Shown here: positions 48,335 through 58,411 of the stretch, piece after piece
Layout of the letters: each line of letters begins with the position of its first letter
Numbering within the stretch: the first letter of the stretch is position 1
NCBI GenBank assembly: GCA_964621445.1
Contig: CAZUNO010000002.1
Location: forward strand, 136,904 to 200,903
From: Candidatus Hadarchaeota archaeon
GTDB lineage: Archaea; CAYQAE01; CAYVLA01
Direction: 5' to 3'
DNA: 64,000 nt
Notes under the pieces: generated by a model
What the model saw: the letters and a program-made list of their open reading frames with translations, nothing else
Databases searched by the model: none
Told to the model about the DNA's origin: nothing
Program-made: the position numbers and the translations under genes

Positions 48335-49576
48335 TCAATTTAGGAATCGGGTCTGCCCGGCCCTCTTGTAAAGACGCCTCCTGATCATCAGAGTGTAGAG
48401 CAAGTAGCCGCAGATCATTAGCGTACCGGTCACCGAGCTCCATTCGATTGCATAGATCCACAGCAGAGCTCGGTCCTTGACCTCCATTGCCCGGTCGACC
48501 ATTTCCTGGAGATCTCGGTTTAGGTTCTCGACCCCCTCGAGAGCACCTTGCAGTTCTAGATCTATGTAAAGATCGTCGACTTTCTCCCGTTCCGAATCTA
48601 TTTCGCCCAGATCTCGAAGAAGAGGATTGGTATTGGCATTGAATTTGTCGGCGAAATCTATTATCGATAGGACGAGAAGTCTTCTTGAATCGTAGGTGGA
48701 GAACTCCTCTCGCACGGTCTTGTCCATGGTGGGGTCCGGTATTCCCGTCTGGGCCGAATAGTAAATGAAGGATGAAAAGACGTGCGGAGCCCATTCCCAA
48801 GCACCTCCCCTAGTCGAGAATGCATATGCTGCCCGGCCTCCCCAGTCGTGGACCACGGCCAGCCCCCTTCCCGACCCCACATCAATATATGCAAGCGCCG
48901 GGCGGCCCGGGGGATGGGAATCGGTCTCCGCTACCACCACGGCGCCTTGTTTGTCGAATACCCGGTTATGGGCGACCCAGATTGCCCTCTCCCAGGGCAC
49001 TCCAGATACCAGCGGATGTCCAGGCTTCACGATATTGACCTTGAAAAGAAAACGGGACCAGCCCTTGCCATCATCTGCGCATTCAACGGGTAGGATTTCT
49101 CCTATAACCGTCTTACACCAGTTATTATTGACTCCTCGCCAATCAGTTCCCCCGAAGGACGCCGGGTCGTCAGCCATTACAAATCCCATGCCCCCTCCAA
49201 CTACCCCATCACGGGTCCAGAAAAGGAATTTTCCCAGGTGATACTGAAAAGCGCCCGTTATGCAAACAACGTCCATATCCCTTACCAGGTCCTCCTCCCT
49301 CCTGGGCAAATAGAGGCGATAGTACCTCATGGTCTCACGGGTACCTATGATCGCCACCTCACTGGGGACCGGATACATCTCGATCCTCGGGTCATCGAAG
49401 AAGAAGGTGGCAGCAAATCCCCCGCGGTTAAAGGCGTCTCCAATATGGAGCAGTCGGATCCTCCCGTCTTCGGGATCCGTTTTTCCCTCTCCCGTCAAAA
49501 GTAGCCCGTTGAGGAGGAGATAGAATAAGATGGCCCTTAGGTAACTAGACCGGGAAAACTCCCCCTTAAATTTCAT
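48335..49576 (-). CDS. Uncharacterised surface protein, paralogue 5
   Basis: KTDPEDGRIRLLHIGD, RLYLPR, MADDPASFGG, ILPVEC, HPLV..VPW, FADKFNAN, ALLWIYAIEW, RRRLY. Confidence 0.87.
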   Translation of the reverse strand: MKFKGEFSRSSYLRAILFYLLLNGLLLTGEGKTDPEDGRIRLLHIGDAFNRGGFAATFFFDDPRIEMYPVPSEVAIIGTRETMRYYRLYLPRREEDLVRDMDVVCITGAFQYHLGKFLFWTRDGVVGGGMGFVMADDPASFGGTDWRGVNNNWCKTVIGEILPVECADDGKGWSRFLFKVNIVKPGHPLVSGVPWERAIWVAHNRVFDKQGAVVVAETDSHPPGRPALAYIDVGSGRGLAVVHDWGGRAAYAFSTRGGAWEWAPHVFSSFIYYSAQTGIPDPTMDKTVREEFSTYDSRRLLVLSIIDFADKFNANTNPLLRDLGEIDSEREKVDDLYIDLELQGALEGVENLNRDLQEMVDRAMEVKDRALLWIYAIEWSSVTGTLMICGYLLYTLMIRRRLYKRAGQTRFLN

Positions 49577-49629
49577 ACAACCTGCATTTTCTCATCATAT
49601 ATTTGAATCTCACCCCCGTCATTCTTCTC

Positions 49630-50265
49630 ATGCCCGACCTTCAGGTAGCACTGGACATCGTCGATCTCGACATTGCACTGGATATTGCCAGCAAAAGCCT
49701 CCAGGGCGGAGCTACAATTCTCGAAGTGGGCACTCCTCTGATAAAGGCACACGGAATGGAGGCCGTTAGCAAGATATGCAGACTTGCCGGGGAGGAGATA
49801 AGGGTGGTCGCTGACATGAAGACCTCGGATGCCGGATATCTGGAGACGGAACTCGCGGCCAAGGCCGGGGCCGATGTTACAACCGTTCTGGCCTGTTCAT
49901 CTCCATCAACAGTGGAGGAGACGGTCAGGGCTGGGAATGATCTTGGCATAGCGGTGTTGGCGGACCTTATGGAAGTCGGTTCAGTTTCTGATGCCGCCCG
50001 GGAGATGGAGGATTTTGGAGTCGGCTTCATCTGCGTCCATTCAGGAATTGACACCGGCCAGGGATTGGAGCAATCATTTGATAAGCTGGGCTCGGTTGCC
50101 GAGGCCGTCAATATAGAAGTGGCAGCTGCAGGCGGCCTGGACCATAGAACCGCATCCCAGGCCATTGAAAGGGGAGCTTCAATAGTGATCGTGGGCAGAG
50201 CCATTACTCGATCTTCAAACCCCGAGCTGAGCACCAAACGCATTCGAGAGGCTATAGGCGGCTGA
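49630..50265 (+). CDS. hps: 3-hexulose-6-phosphate synthase (OMPDC/HUMPS family)
   Basis: LQVALD, EVGTPLI, ADMKTSDAG, HSGID, AAAGG, VGRAIT. Confidence 0.8.
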   Translation: MPDLQVALDIVDLDIALDIASKSLQGGATILEVGTPLIKAHGMEAVSKICRLAGEEIRVVADMKTSDAGYLETELAAKAGADVTTVLACSSPSTVEETVRAGNDLGIAVLADLMEVGSVSDAAREMEDFGVGFICVHSGIDTGQGLEQSFDKLGSVAEAVNIEVAAAGGLDHRTASQAIERGASIVIVGRAITRSSNPELSTKRIREAIGG

Positions 50266-50585
50266 TGCTCTGGGGTTCCTTTCCCGCGCTCCTTGCCTCA
50301 CGAGCGATTTCCCGGCTCACCGAGAGTAATAGCCTTATGTAGCAGAGCCAGCAGCAATCTGAAGACCGTTGATACCAGCAGCCTTTACTTCGATGGGGGA
50401 AGTGAATCATGACTGTTGACCCACGTTGTTGCTTAAATCATGGGCGCGACAATTGGATCGATACCAATGAAATCCATTCCATAACAGCTGCCTAACCTGG
50501 AGAAAATTGCATGAAGACCCTAATACCGCTGCTGGAACCCGAAGGAATGGAAGAGGACGAGGTCTTAATAAGCTAGGCATATAAT

Positions 50586-51473
50586 GTGGAATACAGCATG
50601 TCAGAAATCACGAAGGCGGTAATACCGGCCGCTGGCCTGGGCACCAGGCTACTTCCTGCCACTAAGTCCCAGCCCAAGGAAATGCTTCCCGTGGGAAGGA
50701 AACCCTGCATACAGTACGTCCTAGAGGAGCTTCAGGAATCGGGGATCGAGGACGCATTGGTGATAACCGGTTCCACCAAGAGGGCTATAGAGGACCACTT
50801 CGATGAGAATCTATTGCTGAGAACGGAATTGATCGCCGGAAACAAGACCGCACTTCTGAAGCACCTATCGGATATAGACTCCATAAACCTCAGAATCTGC
50901 TACATAAGACAGCCTCTGCCCACCGGCATGGCCGATGCCGTTTCCCTCTCGAAAGGCTTCGTGGATGGAGAGTCATTTGTGCTGGCCCTCGGGGACACCA
51001 TAATCGACTCGTCGAAGGAGCCGAGAATGTTGAAAAGACTAATTGATAAGCACCTGGATGTCGAACCCAGGGCTACCATTGCGGCCAAGAGAGTTTCCGG
51101 TAGCGATGTAGAGAGATATGGCGTTCTCGACGTTGAGAAGCTCACCGATTCCCTTTACGCCATAAAGGACATCGTTGAGAAACCCAAACAATCCGAAGCC
51201 CCCAGCAATCTAACCATATCCGCCCGCTATATCCTGGAGCCCGAGGTCTTCGATGCCATAGAGGATACCCAGAATACGGAAGGCGAGAAGCTTTTCACCG
51301 ATTCACTCATGGCATTATCAGAGCGAGGTTCCGTGGTCGCCCTGGAGAACCGTCCCACCGATGTGGTGTATGATATAGGGTCTCCCTCGCTTTATGCCAA
51401 GGCCTTCATATCCTTTGCCCTCAAGGATCCGGATATGTCATCTGCGGTTCAGGAGTTCCTTTCCCAGGCTTGA
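50586..51473 (+). CDS. galU: UTP--glucose-1-phosphate uridylyltransferase
   Basis: KAVIPAAGLGTRLLPATKSQPKEMLP, IEDHFD, YIRQ, VEKP. Confidence 0.88.
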   Translation: MEYSMSEITKAVIPAAGLGTRLLPATKSQPKEMLPVGRKPCIQYVLEELQESGIEDALVITGSTKRAIEDHFDENLLLRTELIAGNKTALLKHLSDIDSINLRICYIRQPLPTGMADAVSLSKGFVDGESFVLALGDTIIDSSKEPRMLKRLIDKHLDVEPRATIAAKRVSGSDVERYGVLDVEKLTDSLYAIKDIVEKPKQSEAPSNLTISARYILEPEVFDAIEDTQNTEGEKLFTDSLMALSERGSVVALENRPTDVVYDIGSPSLYAKAFISFALKDPDMSSAVQEFLSQA

Positions 51474-51479
51474 TAGGCT

Positions 51480-51968
51480 CTATCTCAGGTTTCTCAGACG
51501 GTCCCTGAAAACGTAGTGGACTATGGCCAGGGTCAAAACCGCCGTCATCAGCGCTATAACGACATCGAGCGAGAAACCCCGGGAGGCTATGCTAAGAGCG
51601 GTCCCCGAGGCCGGTGGATGTTCTAGGTCGGTTATCACCATGAGGAACATGGAAAGGCCTACGGCTATGGAGTATATTGCTACTGATATGTCCCCTGGAA
51701 GGAATGTGGCCACAAATCCAGATAATATTCCTATGACGTGACCCCCAACCACGTTTCCGGTGTTTGCGGTGTCGTCCTTGGGCAGGGCGAATACTATGAA
51801 GGCGGTAGCTCCAACCGAGGCAATTATGATGGGTCTTTCCTGAATATTTAGAAGTATCAAGGCTGCAGTGACGGTGAGAACGGCGAAAAGACTCTGGAAA
51901 ACGTAATTCTTCCAGTGTTTCCCGAACTTCATCCCCAGATCGACCACATGTCTCCACATGGAGACCAA
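51480..51968 (-). CDS. HPP family membrane protein
   Basis: ASVGATAF, GGH, EHPPA. Confidence 0.88.
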   Translation of the reverse strand: MVSMWRHVVDLGMKFGKHWKNYVFQSLFAVLTVTAALILLNIQERPIIIASVGATAFIVFALPKDDTANTGNVVGGHVIGILSGFVATFLPGDISVAIYSIAVGLSMFLMVITDLEHPPASGTALSIASRGFSLDVVIALMTAVLTLAIVHYVFRDRLRNLR

Positions 51969-52112
51969 CTGGTTTTCTTTTCAATAAAAGTTTGGCCACC
52001 ATGGATTCGCCGCATATGGATATTTACACCCAAGATTCATGGAACGGAGCGTTCAGAGCAACACAGATGAAGCGTTCCACCATAAATTCAATGAATAAAA
52101 GGAGGGAAAGTC

Positions 52113-52793
52113 TTGACCGAGGAGTCAGTGGTACAACTGATAGGGGTTACCAAGACCTACCATCTGGGGGATGTCCCCCTGAAGGCAGTCGATGGAATTG
52201 ATATGGAGATAGCCAAGGGGGAAACACTGGCCGTGGTCGGGCCTTCCGGTTCGGGTAAGAGCACTCTGCTAAATCTCATCGGTTGCATGGATAAGCCTTC
52301 TCAGGGGAAGGTCCTAATCGAGGGGTTGGATACCTCCACCATGGGTCCGGATGAGCTAGCCGATTTGAGGGCAACCAAGGTGGGAATGGTGTTCCAGTTC
52401 TTCAACCTAATCCCAGTACTCACCGCCCTCGAGAACATCCAGATGCCCATGGTGTATGCGGGCATCGGCACCGGTGGGGAAAGAAGGGAGAGGGCCATGG
52501 AGGCCCTGCAGGCCATGGGTCTCGAGGACAAGGCCGACAGGCTACCTTCCCAGCTCTCCGGAGGAGAACGCCAACGGGTCGCCATCGCCAGAGCGGTCAT
52601 CAACAGGCCGGCCATCCTGCTGGCCGATGAGCCAACCGGTAACCTTGATTCCCAGACCGGCAGGATGGTACTTGAATCCCTGCAAGGCCTCTCCAATCTA
52701 GGCCAGACCACCCTAATCGCCACCCACGACCAGAAGGTTTTGGAATTCGCCGGAAGATCCCTGACCATGAGGGACGGGAAGGTGATATCATGA
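52113..52793 (+). CDS. ABC ATP-binding protein (LolD/MacB type)
   Basis: GPSGSGKST, FQFFNL, LSGGERQR, LADEPTGNLD. Confidence 0.96.
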   Translation: MTEESVVQLIGVTKTYHLGDVPLKAVDGIDMEIAKGETLAVVGPSGSGKSTLLNLIGCMDKPSQGKVLIEGLDTSTMGPDELADLRATKVGMVFQFFNLIPVLTALENIQMPMVYAGIGTGGERRERAMEALQAMGLEDKADRLPSQLSGGERQRVAIARAVINRPAILLADEPTGNLDSQTGRMVLESLQGLSNLGQTTLIATHDQKVLEFAGRSLTMRDGKVIS

Positions 52794-54037
52794 GGGAGAT
52801 AGCCACCCTTGCCTGGAGGCATACCAGCAGAAGGACGGGAAGAACGCTTCTCACGGTTCTCGGAATCGCCATAGGTTTTGGTGCCATAATAGCAATACTA
52901 TCTCTGACCTTCGGGGTGAAGAGATCGATAGAGGAAAGCTTCCAGCCCGTCGCCACGGAGGCGATAATCATCCCCGTGCCCGAGGAGATGTATGAATCCG
53001 CCTCCCAACAGCCAACCAGGCCCTCGGGCGGAAGACAGAACCCGTTGAGAAGAACCAGAATAGAGGCCGGAGAGATGGATCAACAGACGTTCAGCGAACT
53101 CATCGAAATTCCGAACGTTGAAAGCTATGTGGCCCGCTCCAGCCCTATAACCGTCAAGACCCAGTTTAGAGGTCGCCAAATCAGCCTCCGAACAATGGCC
53201 ATTGATCCGGAAGCCGAGCAGAGACTGGGCCAAATCGTACTGGAAGCCGGTTCCTGGCCGAACTACAAGGAGGCACTGGCAGGAAACATCCTGGTCAGGA
53301 TAGCGGCGGCATCTCCTGGTGACACCATTAACCTCACAGATTCCGGTGGAAACGAGCATGAACTGACCATTAGCGGTACTATAGGGACTAGCGGAGAGGC
53401 CAGATTCGGAGCCCCTCCCAACATGCCGCTGTTAATCAGTCACGAAACGGCCGAGCTTTTCACCGATGAGAACTCCTACTCCACTCTGATCCTTTCAATG
53501 CCGGATATCCAGACGGCTCAAGAGGTCGCCGACATCGTGGAGGTCGGATATCCAAACCTCACCGTGCTCACCTTTGACGACTTCACGGAGACAATCGAGA
53601 ATACCCTAAACCAGTACAGCCTTTTTCTACTAAGCATCGGGATACTCGCCGTCGCCGTGGCTGCTTTGGGTTCGGCGAATACCATGGTGGTGTCAACAAT
53701 GGAAAGAACCCGAGAGATAGGGATAATGAAGGCAACCGGGGCTAAGAGAAAATTCATACTCCGGGGATTTCTCCTCGAATCCGCCATGCTGGGCCTGGTC
53801 GGAGGCATTATTGGCGTGGTCTTCGGGTATCTCGGGTCCAATATACTGGAGTTCATGGTTTTCAGGCTAAACATCGCCCGCCTAGCGGGCCAGGCTACCG
53901 GGTTTTCGCCCTATATTCCGCTTTGGTTGATCCCCTTCTCCATAATTCTTTCCGTGGCGGTCACCGTGATTTCGGGATCATATCCAGCCTACAGGGCCTC
54001 CAGACTTGACCCCGTGGAGGCAATCCGCTATGAATGA
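52790..54037 (+). CDS. FtsX/MacB-type ABC permease
   Basis: TLLTVLGIAIG, ERTREIGIMKA.GA, PAYRASRLDPVEAIR; ATGA overlap with the ATPase. Confidence 0.94.
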   Translation: MREIATLAWRHTSRRTGRTLLTVLGIAIGFGAIIAILSLTFGVKRSIEESFQPVATEAIIIPVPEEMYESASQQPTRPSGGRQNPLRRTRIEAGEMDQQTFSELIEIPNVESYVARSSPITVKTQFRGRQISLRTMAIDPEAEQRLGQIVLEAGSWPNYKEALAGNILVRIAAASPGDTINLTDSGGNEHELTISGTIGTSGEARFGAPPNMPLLISHETAELFTDENSYSTLILSMPDIQTAQEVADIVEVGYPNLTVLTFDDFTETIENTLNQYSLFLLSIGILAVAVAALGSANTMVVSTMERTREIGIMKATGAKRKFILRGFLLESAMLGLVGGIIGVVFGYLGSNILEFMVFRLNIARLAGQATGFSPYIPLWLIPFSIILSVAVTVISGSYPAYRASRLDPVEAIRYE

Positions 54038-54744
54038 TTACTGAACCTGGCCCCGAGCATGTATTTCAAGTGACGCCAGCCGTCCCTAAGGGCATTGAGC
54101 TTGGTGGGCGATCCCTCCCTGGCGTGGTAGCTAATTGGAATCTCGACTATCCTCAGATCCAATCTCTTGGCCTCCACCAGCATCTCGGAAGCGAACTCCA
54201 TTCCCGTCGTCCTCAGCTCCATGCTGGAAAATGCTTCCTGGGTAAGGGCCCGCATACCGCAATGAGCGTCCGAGATCCCCACGCCAAAAAGAAAATTGAG
54301 AACCCAGGTCAGGAAAGGATTTCCCACCTTTTTCTTGAGCAGGCTCATAGCCCCGGGGTCCATATTTCCCGAGAACCGGTTACCCATTACGAAGTCGGCA
54401 TCTCCCTTTTCCAGAGGTGAAACCAGGCTCGGAAGTTCTGCTAGGTCATAGGTACCATCGGGGTCCGCCATGGCAATTATGGAGCCACCGCAGTGATTGA
54501 AACCCTCCCTGTAGGCGCAACCGTACCCAAGGGACACCGGCTTGACAATCTTGGCGCCCATTTCCCGGGCGATTTCAGGCGTATTATCGTCCGAGCTATC
54601 GGGAACTATTATCTCGGTTCTTCTACCTTCAAACGCCTGCCTCACCTTGGATATTGCCTCTCCTATGGTGGGTTCCTCGTTCTTGCAGGGAAGGACTATA
54701 GATATCTCTGGATCACCGTTGGCGGACATTGGCACTTGGACCAT
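54028..54744 (-). CDS. GT2 (DPM1-like) glycosyltransferase
   Basis: SIVLPCKNE, GYG, DPDGTY, DAHCG. Confidence 0.92.
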   Translation of the reverse strand: MVQVPMSANGDPEISIVLPCKNEEPTIGEAISKVRQAFEGRRTEIIVPDSSDDNTPEIAREMGAKIVKPVSLGYGCAYREGFNHCGGSIIAMADPDGTYDLAELPSLVSPLEKGDADFVMGNRFSGNMDPGAMSLLKKKVGNPFLTWVLNFLFGVGISDAHCGMRALTQEAFSSMELRTTGMEFASEMLVEAKRLDLRIVEIPISYHAREGSPTKLNALRDGWRHLKYMLGARFSNHS

Positions 54745-54772
54745 CAGCTGACCATGGTATTAATGTGGTGCC

Positions 54773-55495
54773 TTATCTTCCAGTGGTGAGCCTGTCCCCC
54801 AGCATCTTGGGAAGACCGCGATCTATAATGGCCTCCCTCGCCGCTTCAACATCATACTCAACCCGAAACTGGCCTATCTTCTCGTTATCGGTATCGATCA
54901 TGGCATAGGCAGCACGAGGATCGCCGTCCCGTGGTTGACCGACGGCTCCTGGATTGTAGATCAGCCTTCGCCTTGCATAGGAGATCCAATCGCCATTGGA
55001 GGGTTTTATCCTCTCCACGCCGCTCTCCCGATCCAGAAAGGTCAGAGGCACATGCGTGTGGCCCACCAGTATAACCTTGTCGGGTGATAGCTCGAAACTC
55101 GCCTTCGCCTGGGATTCACTTCTAAGATACTCGGTGGTCGGCTCTCTAACGCTGCCGTGAACCAGGTGAAAGGGACCGTCATGGGATGAGCGGGTCAGGC
55201 TTCTCAGGTATGCTAGCGACGAGTTCTCCAGCTCCTTCATGGTCCACCTGGCAGCGGTGGCCGCATAGGAATTGAACCACCCCAGTGAAAGCAGGCCTAT
55301 GCATGCCGCGTCATGATTTCCCAACACGTTCAAATCGGACAGATCCCGTATTTTGCTCACGCACTGATTTGGATTGGCTCCATATCCCACCAGGTCACCA
55401 AGACAGATTATCCTATCCCAGTCATCGATCTCCTCCAGCACTGCCTCCAGTGCATGTAAATTTGAATGAACGTCCGATATGAGAGCGATCTTCAT
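54773..55495 (-). CDS. Calcineurin-like metallophosphoesterase (MJ0912-like)
   Basis: SDVHSN, GDLVGY, GNHD, HG, GHTH, NPGAVGQPRDGD. Confidence 0.92.
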   Translation of the reverse strand: MKIALISDVHSNLHALEAVLEEIDDWDRIICLGDLVGYGANPNQCVSKIRDLSDLNVLGNHDAACIGLLSLGWFNSYAATAARWTMKELENSSLAYLRSLTRSSHDGPFHLVHGSVREPTTEYLRSESQAKASFELSPDKVILVGHTHVPLTFLDRESGVERIKPSNGDWISYARRRLIYNPGAVGQPRDGDPRAAYAMIDTDNEKIGQFRVEYDVEAAREAIIDRGLPKMLGDRLTTGR

Positions 55496-55614
55496 CTTCC
55501 AATCTCTCCTCCAATTAAACCACAAGTGGTGGTTATTATTTTGTATCTCGAACCGGGCATTTCCTTGATCGACCTCCCACTATAACCCTTGACGGGAAGC
55601 TGGAATTGATTCCT

Positions 55615-57059
55615 ATGACCTTGCTTACGGGGCTTGATGTGGGAACCACGGGGTGTAAATGTAGCGTTTTCAATGAATCTGGACAATTCTTGTCAACTGC
55701 ATACAGGGAATATCCCCTGATCTGCCCTAAACCGCCCTGGGCCGAACTAGAACCGGGAAATGTTGAGTCCCTACCCGTTTCCTCCCAGGGGGGCCTTCAT
55801 ACCGGTCTCCCAAGGGGGAGATCCCCTATACAATTCCACCGTTACTCCTGACCAGAGAGCCCAGGACCAGACGGAGTTCCTAAGGGAGGAGTTGGGATCC
55901 AGATATCTGTTTTACAAAAACCGGCATGGTCCTTTTTCCGATCCATACACTGAACAAGATACTATGGATAAGGGAAAACGAGCCACGGATATTCTCTCGC
56001 ATGGACAAATTCCTTTGCTGGGAGGATTTCATCAACTTCAAACTAACCGGGAAAGCGGTCATAGATCAATCTCTAGCCAGTAGGACCATGATGTTCGATA
56101 CAAAGCAAAGAACATGGTCTGACGAGATACTGGACGAACTAAGTATCGACCTTCTGGCCCAGGTAAACCCCTCGGGCCGGGTTGTGGGAGAGATTTCCCC
56201 TCGGGGCGCGAAGGAAACCGGTCTTTCCAGGGAAACTCTGATCGTGACCGGCGGGCATGACCAGGCCTGTGGCTGTCTGGGAGCGGGAGTCCTCGATACT
56301 GGACCCCTTTATGATGTCACGGGCACCGTCGAGTGTCTCATTCCATCCAACGAGGAGCCGGTTCTAAACGATGATTTGCTCCAACAGGGGTATGGGAACT
56401 ATTGTCACGTGGTCCCCGGACGGTACCTGATTCTCGGATATAACATGACTGCCGGCAGCATACTTCGTTGGTTCATGGCCCAGTTTGGGCACCGGGAGAT
56501 CCTATCACGCCTTGCTTGATGAGATGGCCGAATCGGTTTCCCCTGGGTCCGATGGTCTTATCTTCCTCCCTTACTTCATGGGCGACGCCACGCCCAACTG
56601 GGATACCCATGCCCGGGGAACCATCTCTGGACTCACCCTGGCCCACGGCAAAGCCCATCTGGTCCGTAGCATGATGGAGGGCATAACCTACGAGCTGAGA
56701 AGAAACCTAGATGCATTGAAGGAGGCCGGAATTGAAGGGGATGAGATCAGGGCGGTGGGAGGAGGAGCAAAATCCAGGTTCTGGTGCCAGCTAAAAAAGA
56801 CCTTACAGATCTTCCCGTGCGGGTCCCCTCCATTCCAAAGGCCTCGTTCCTGGGAGCTGCAATGCTAGCGGGCCTAGGTTCTGGAGCGTATGAAGACCAC
56901 CGTGATACCGTTAACCAAACATACCCAATTGATCGGACTCACAACCCGTCCCATCACCGGGAATATGAAAAGGGATACTTTAATTATAAGGAGCTTTACC
57001 GCCGTCTTGCCCCCATTTTCCAAAAATACCCGAATAGGGTTGGAGGATATAGCAGGTAG
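55615..57059 (+). pseudogene. FGGY-family carbohydrate kinase pseudogene
   Basis: Consecutive fragments in shifting frames: GLDVGTTGCK / DQRA / KILW..ASRT..GGHDQAC..TGT / LPYFMG..EGI..GGGA / LGAAMLAG; four frameshifts and an apparent internal deletion near 55760. Confidence 0.85.
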
Positions 57060-57168
57060 GGATTTATTTCCATTTAGTCCCAGGCCATGTCCCCCGATGG
57101 TCGATACCTCACCGTCACGAGGGCGAGATATTTTGCCACAGGTCCAAAGAGAGCCGTAACCGCGCTCT

Positions 57169-57810
57169 CTAGGCCTCCAATACCACTGTGGCGTTATGAG
57201 GTAGGTCCTCCTCATCTAGGTCCAAGGGCGCCTTACCTAGCCTTATGACGTTATCTCTGAGTTCCAGGAAGTCCTCCACTGTGTGAAGCTTATTGAAATT
57301 TGTCGAATGTCTCTCGGTGCGGTAATGCATTGGTATCACAATTCGGGGGGAAATGACCCTGCACACACCGTTTGCCATCTTGGGCCCAATGGTGTAAAAC
57401 CCTCCCACCGGGACGAACAGGACGTCCACCTCTCCGATCGCATCCACGATGTCCTGTCCCAGTGGATGTCCGAGATCCCCGAGATGACAAAGGCACATAT
57501 CGTCCATCTCAAAGACGTAGATGCTATTTTCCCCCCTTTCCTGACCCTTCTGCCTGTCGTGGTAGGAGGAAATCCCCTTTACCCTTACTCCATTGTGAAT
57601 CGTTTCCCCGGTCCAGGAGACGAGAACCTTGGCATTTGGCTTGGCCGTGTTCCCTACGTGGGAATGATCCCTATGTTCGTGCGAACAAAGCACGAGATCG
57701 GCGCCGGCCTCAGGTTCGGGAAGGCCGATTCCGGTGAAAGGATCTGTTACTATCTCTGCCTGATCTCCCTCAATTCTGAAACATGAGTGCCCCAGACACG
57801 ATATCCTCAT
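57169..57810 (-). CDS. MBL-fold metallo-hydrolase
   Basis: LGHSCF, TDPF, SHEHRDH, HLGDLG, PMHY. Confidence 0.9.
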   Translation of the reverse strand: MRISCLGHSCFRIEGDQAEIVTDPFTGIGLPEPEAGADLVLCSHEHRDHSHVGNTAKPNAKVLVSWTGETIHNGVRVKGISSYHDRQKGQERGENSIYVFEMDDMCLCHLGDLGHPLGQDIVDAIGEVDVLFVPVGGFYTIGPKMANGVCRVISPRIVIPMHYRTERHSTNFNKLHTVEDFLELRDNVIRLGKAPLDLDEEDLPHNATVVLEA

Positions 57811-57862
57811 AATAAACCCTCCCAATTGGGTTAGGCTCCTCCCTGATATTTACTTTGTGTCA

Positions 57863-57907
57863 GAAAGATTTATATAGATCGGAAACGAACTATTCGACAT
57901 CGAACTA
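57863..57907 (+). promoter_or_regulatory. BRE/TATA (GAAAGATTTATATA) followed by two imperfect TCG-N4-CGAACTA palindromes
   Basis: TAGATCG-GAAA-CGAACTA (57875-57892) and CTATTCG-ACAT-CGAACTA (57890-57907) just upstream of padR. Confidence 0.5.
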
Positions 57908-57919
57908 TGGGGCGCCTGT

Positions 57920-58411
57920 ATGGGAAAGAAGGACCGTGACCGCAGGAAGAGGGGGCTACTCAGGTTATTCGTCCTGAGAACCCTAACTTCGGAGGCCAAG
58001 TCGGGGTACGATATTCTAAAGGAAATAGAGAGCAAGACACAGGGCGAGTGGAAACCGAGCAAGGGAACCATATACCCCATTTTATCGGAACTCGAGGAGG
58101 GTGGTCTCATAAGGGGGAAAGAGGAGGGACCCCGGTCCAGGACCGCATATTCCACTACAGAGGCCGGCATCAAACACCTCAACGAGTCCATAGAAAAGGA
58201 GCGAACCCGCCACCGAACCAGGACCGCTGGAAGAAGAATACTCTTCGAGGAGACCTTCTTCGAGGATCTGGAGAGGGAACTGGTGAGGCTCAACCACCGG
58301 TTCATGGAAACTGCCATGGAATCGGAGGACAAGGAAAAGCCCATACGTATCCTCCGCCGAGCCCTGGAGGAACTGGAGGATGAAGCATGGACCCAGTCCT
58401 CAGAAGCGTAG
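57920..58411 (+). CDS. PadR family transcriptional regulator
   Basis: GYDILKEI, WKPSKGTIYPILSELE, YSTTEAG. Confidence 0.92.
   Translation: MGKKDRDRRKRGLLRLFVLRTLTSEAKSGYDILKEIESKTQGEWKPSKGTIYPILSELEEGGLIRGKEEGPRSRTAYSTTEAGIKHLNESIEKERTRHRTRTAGRRILFEETFFEDLERELVRLNHRFMETAMESEDKEKPIRILRRALEELEDEAWTQSSEA

Noticed and set aside
18520-49576. Diversity-generating retroelement or cassette switching as the source of the five paralogues
   Set aside because: No reverse transcriptase, recombinase or near-identical template/variable repeats seen in this window; divergence is spread over whole genes.
50266-50585. 320-bp gap with short interrupted frames
   Set aside because: Possibly a decayed gene, but no family or RNA structure could be identified.
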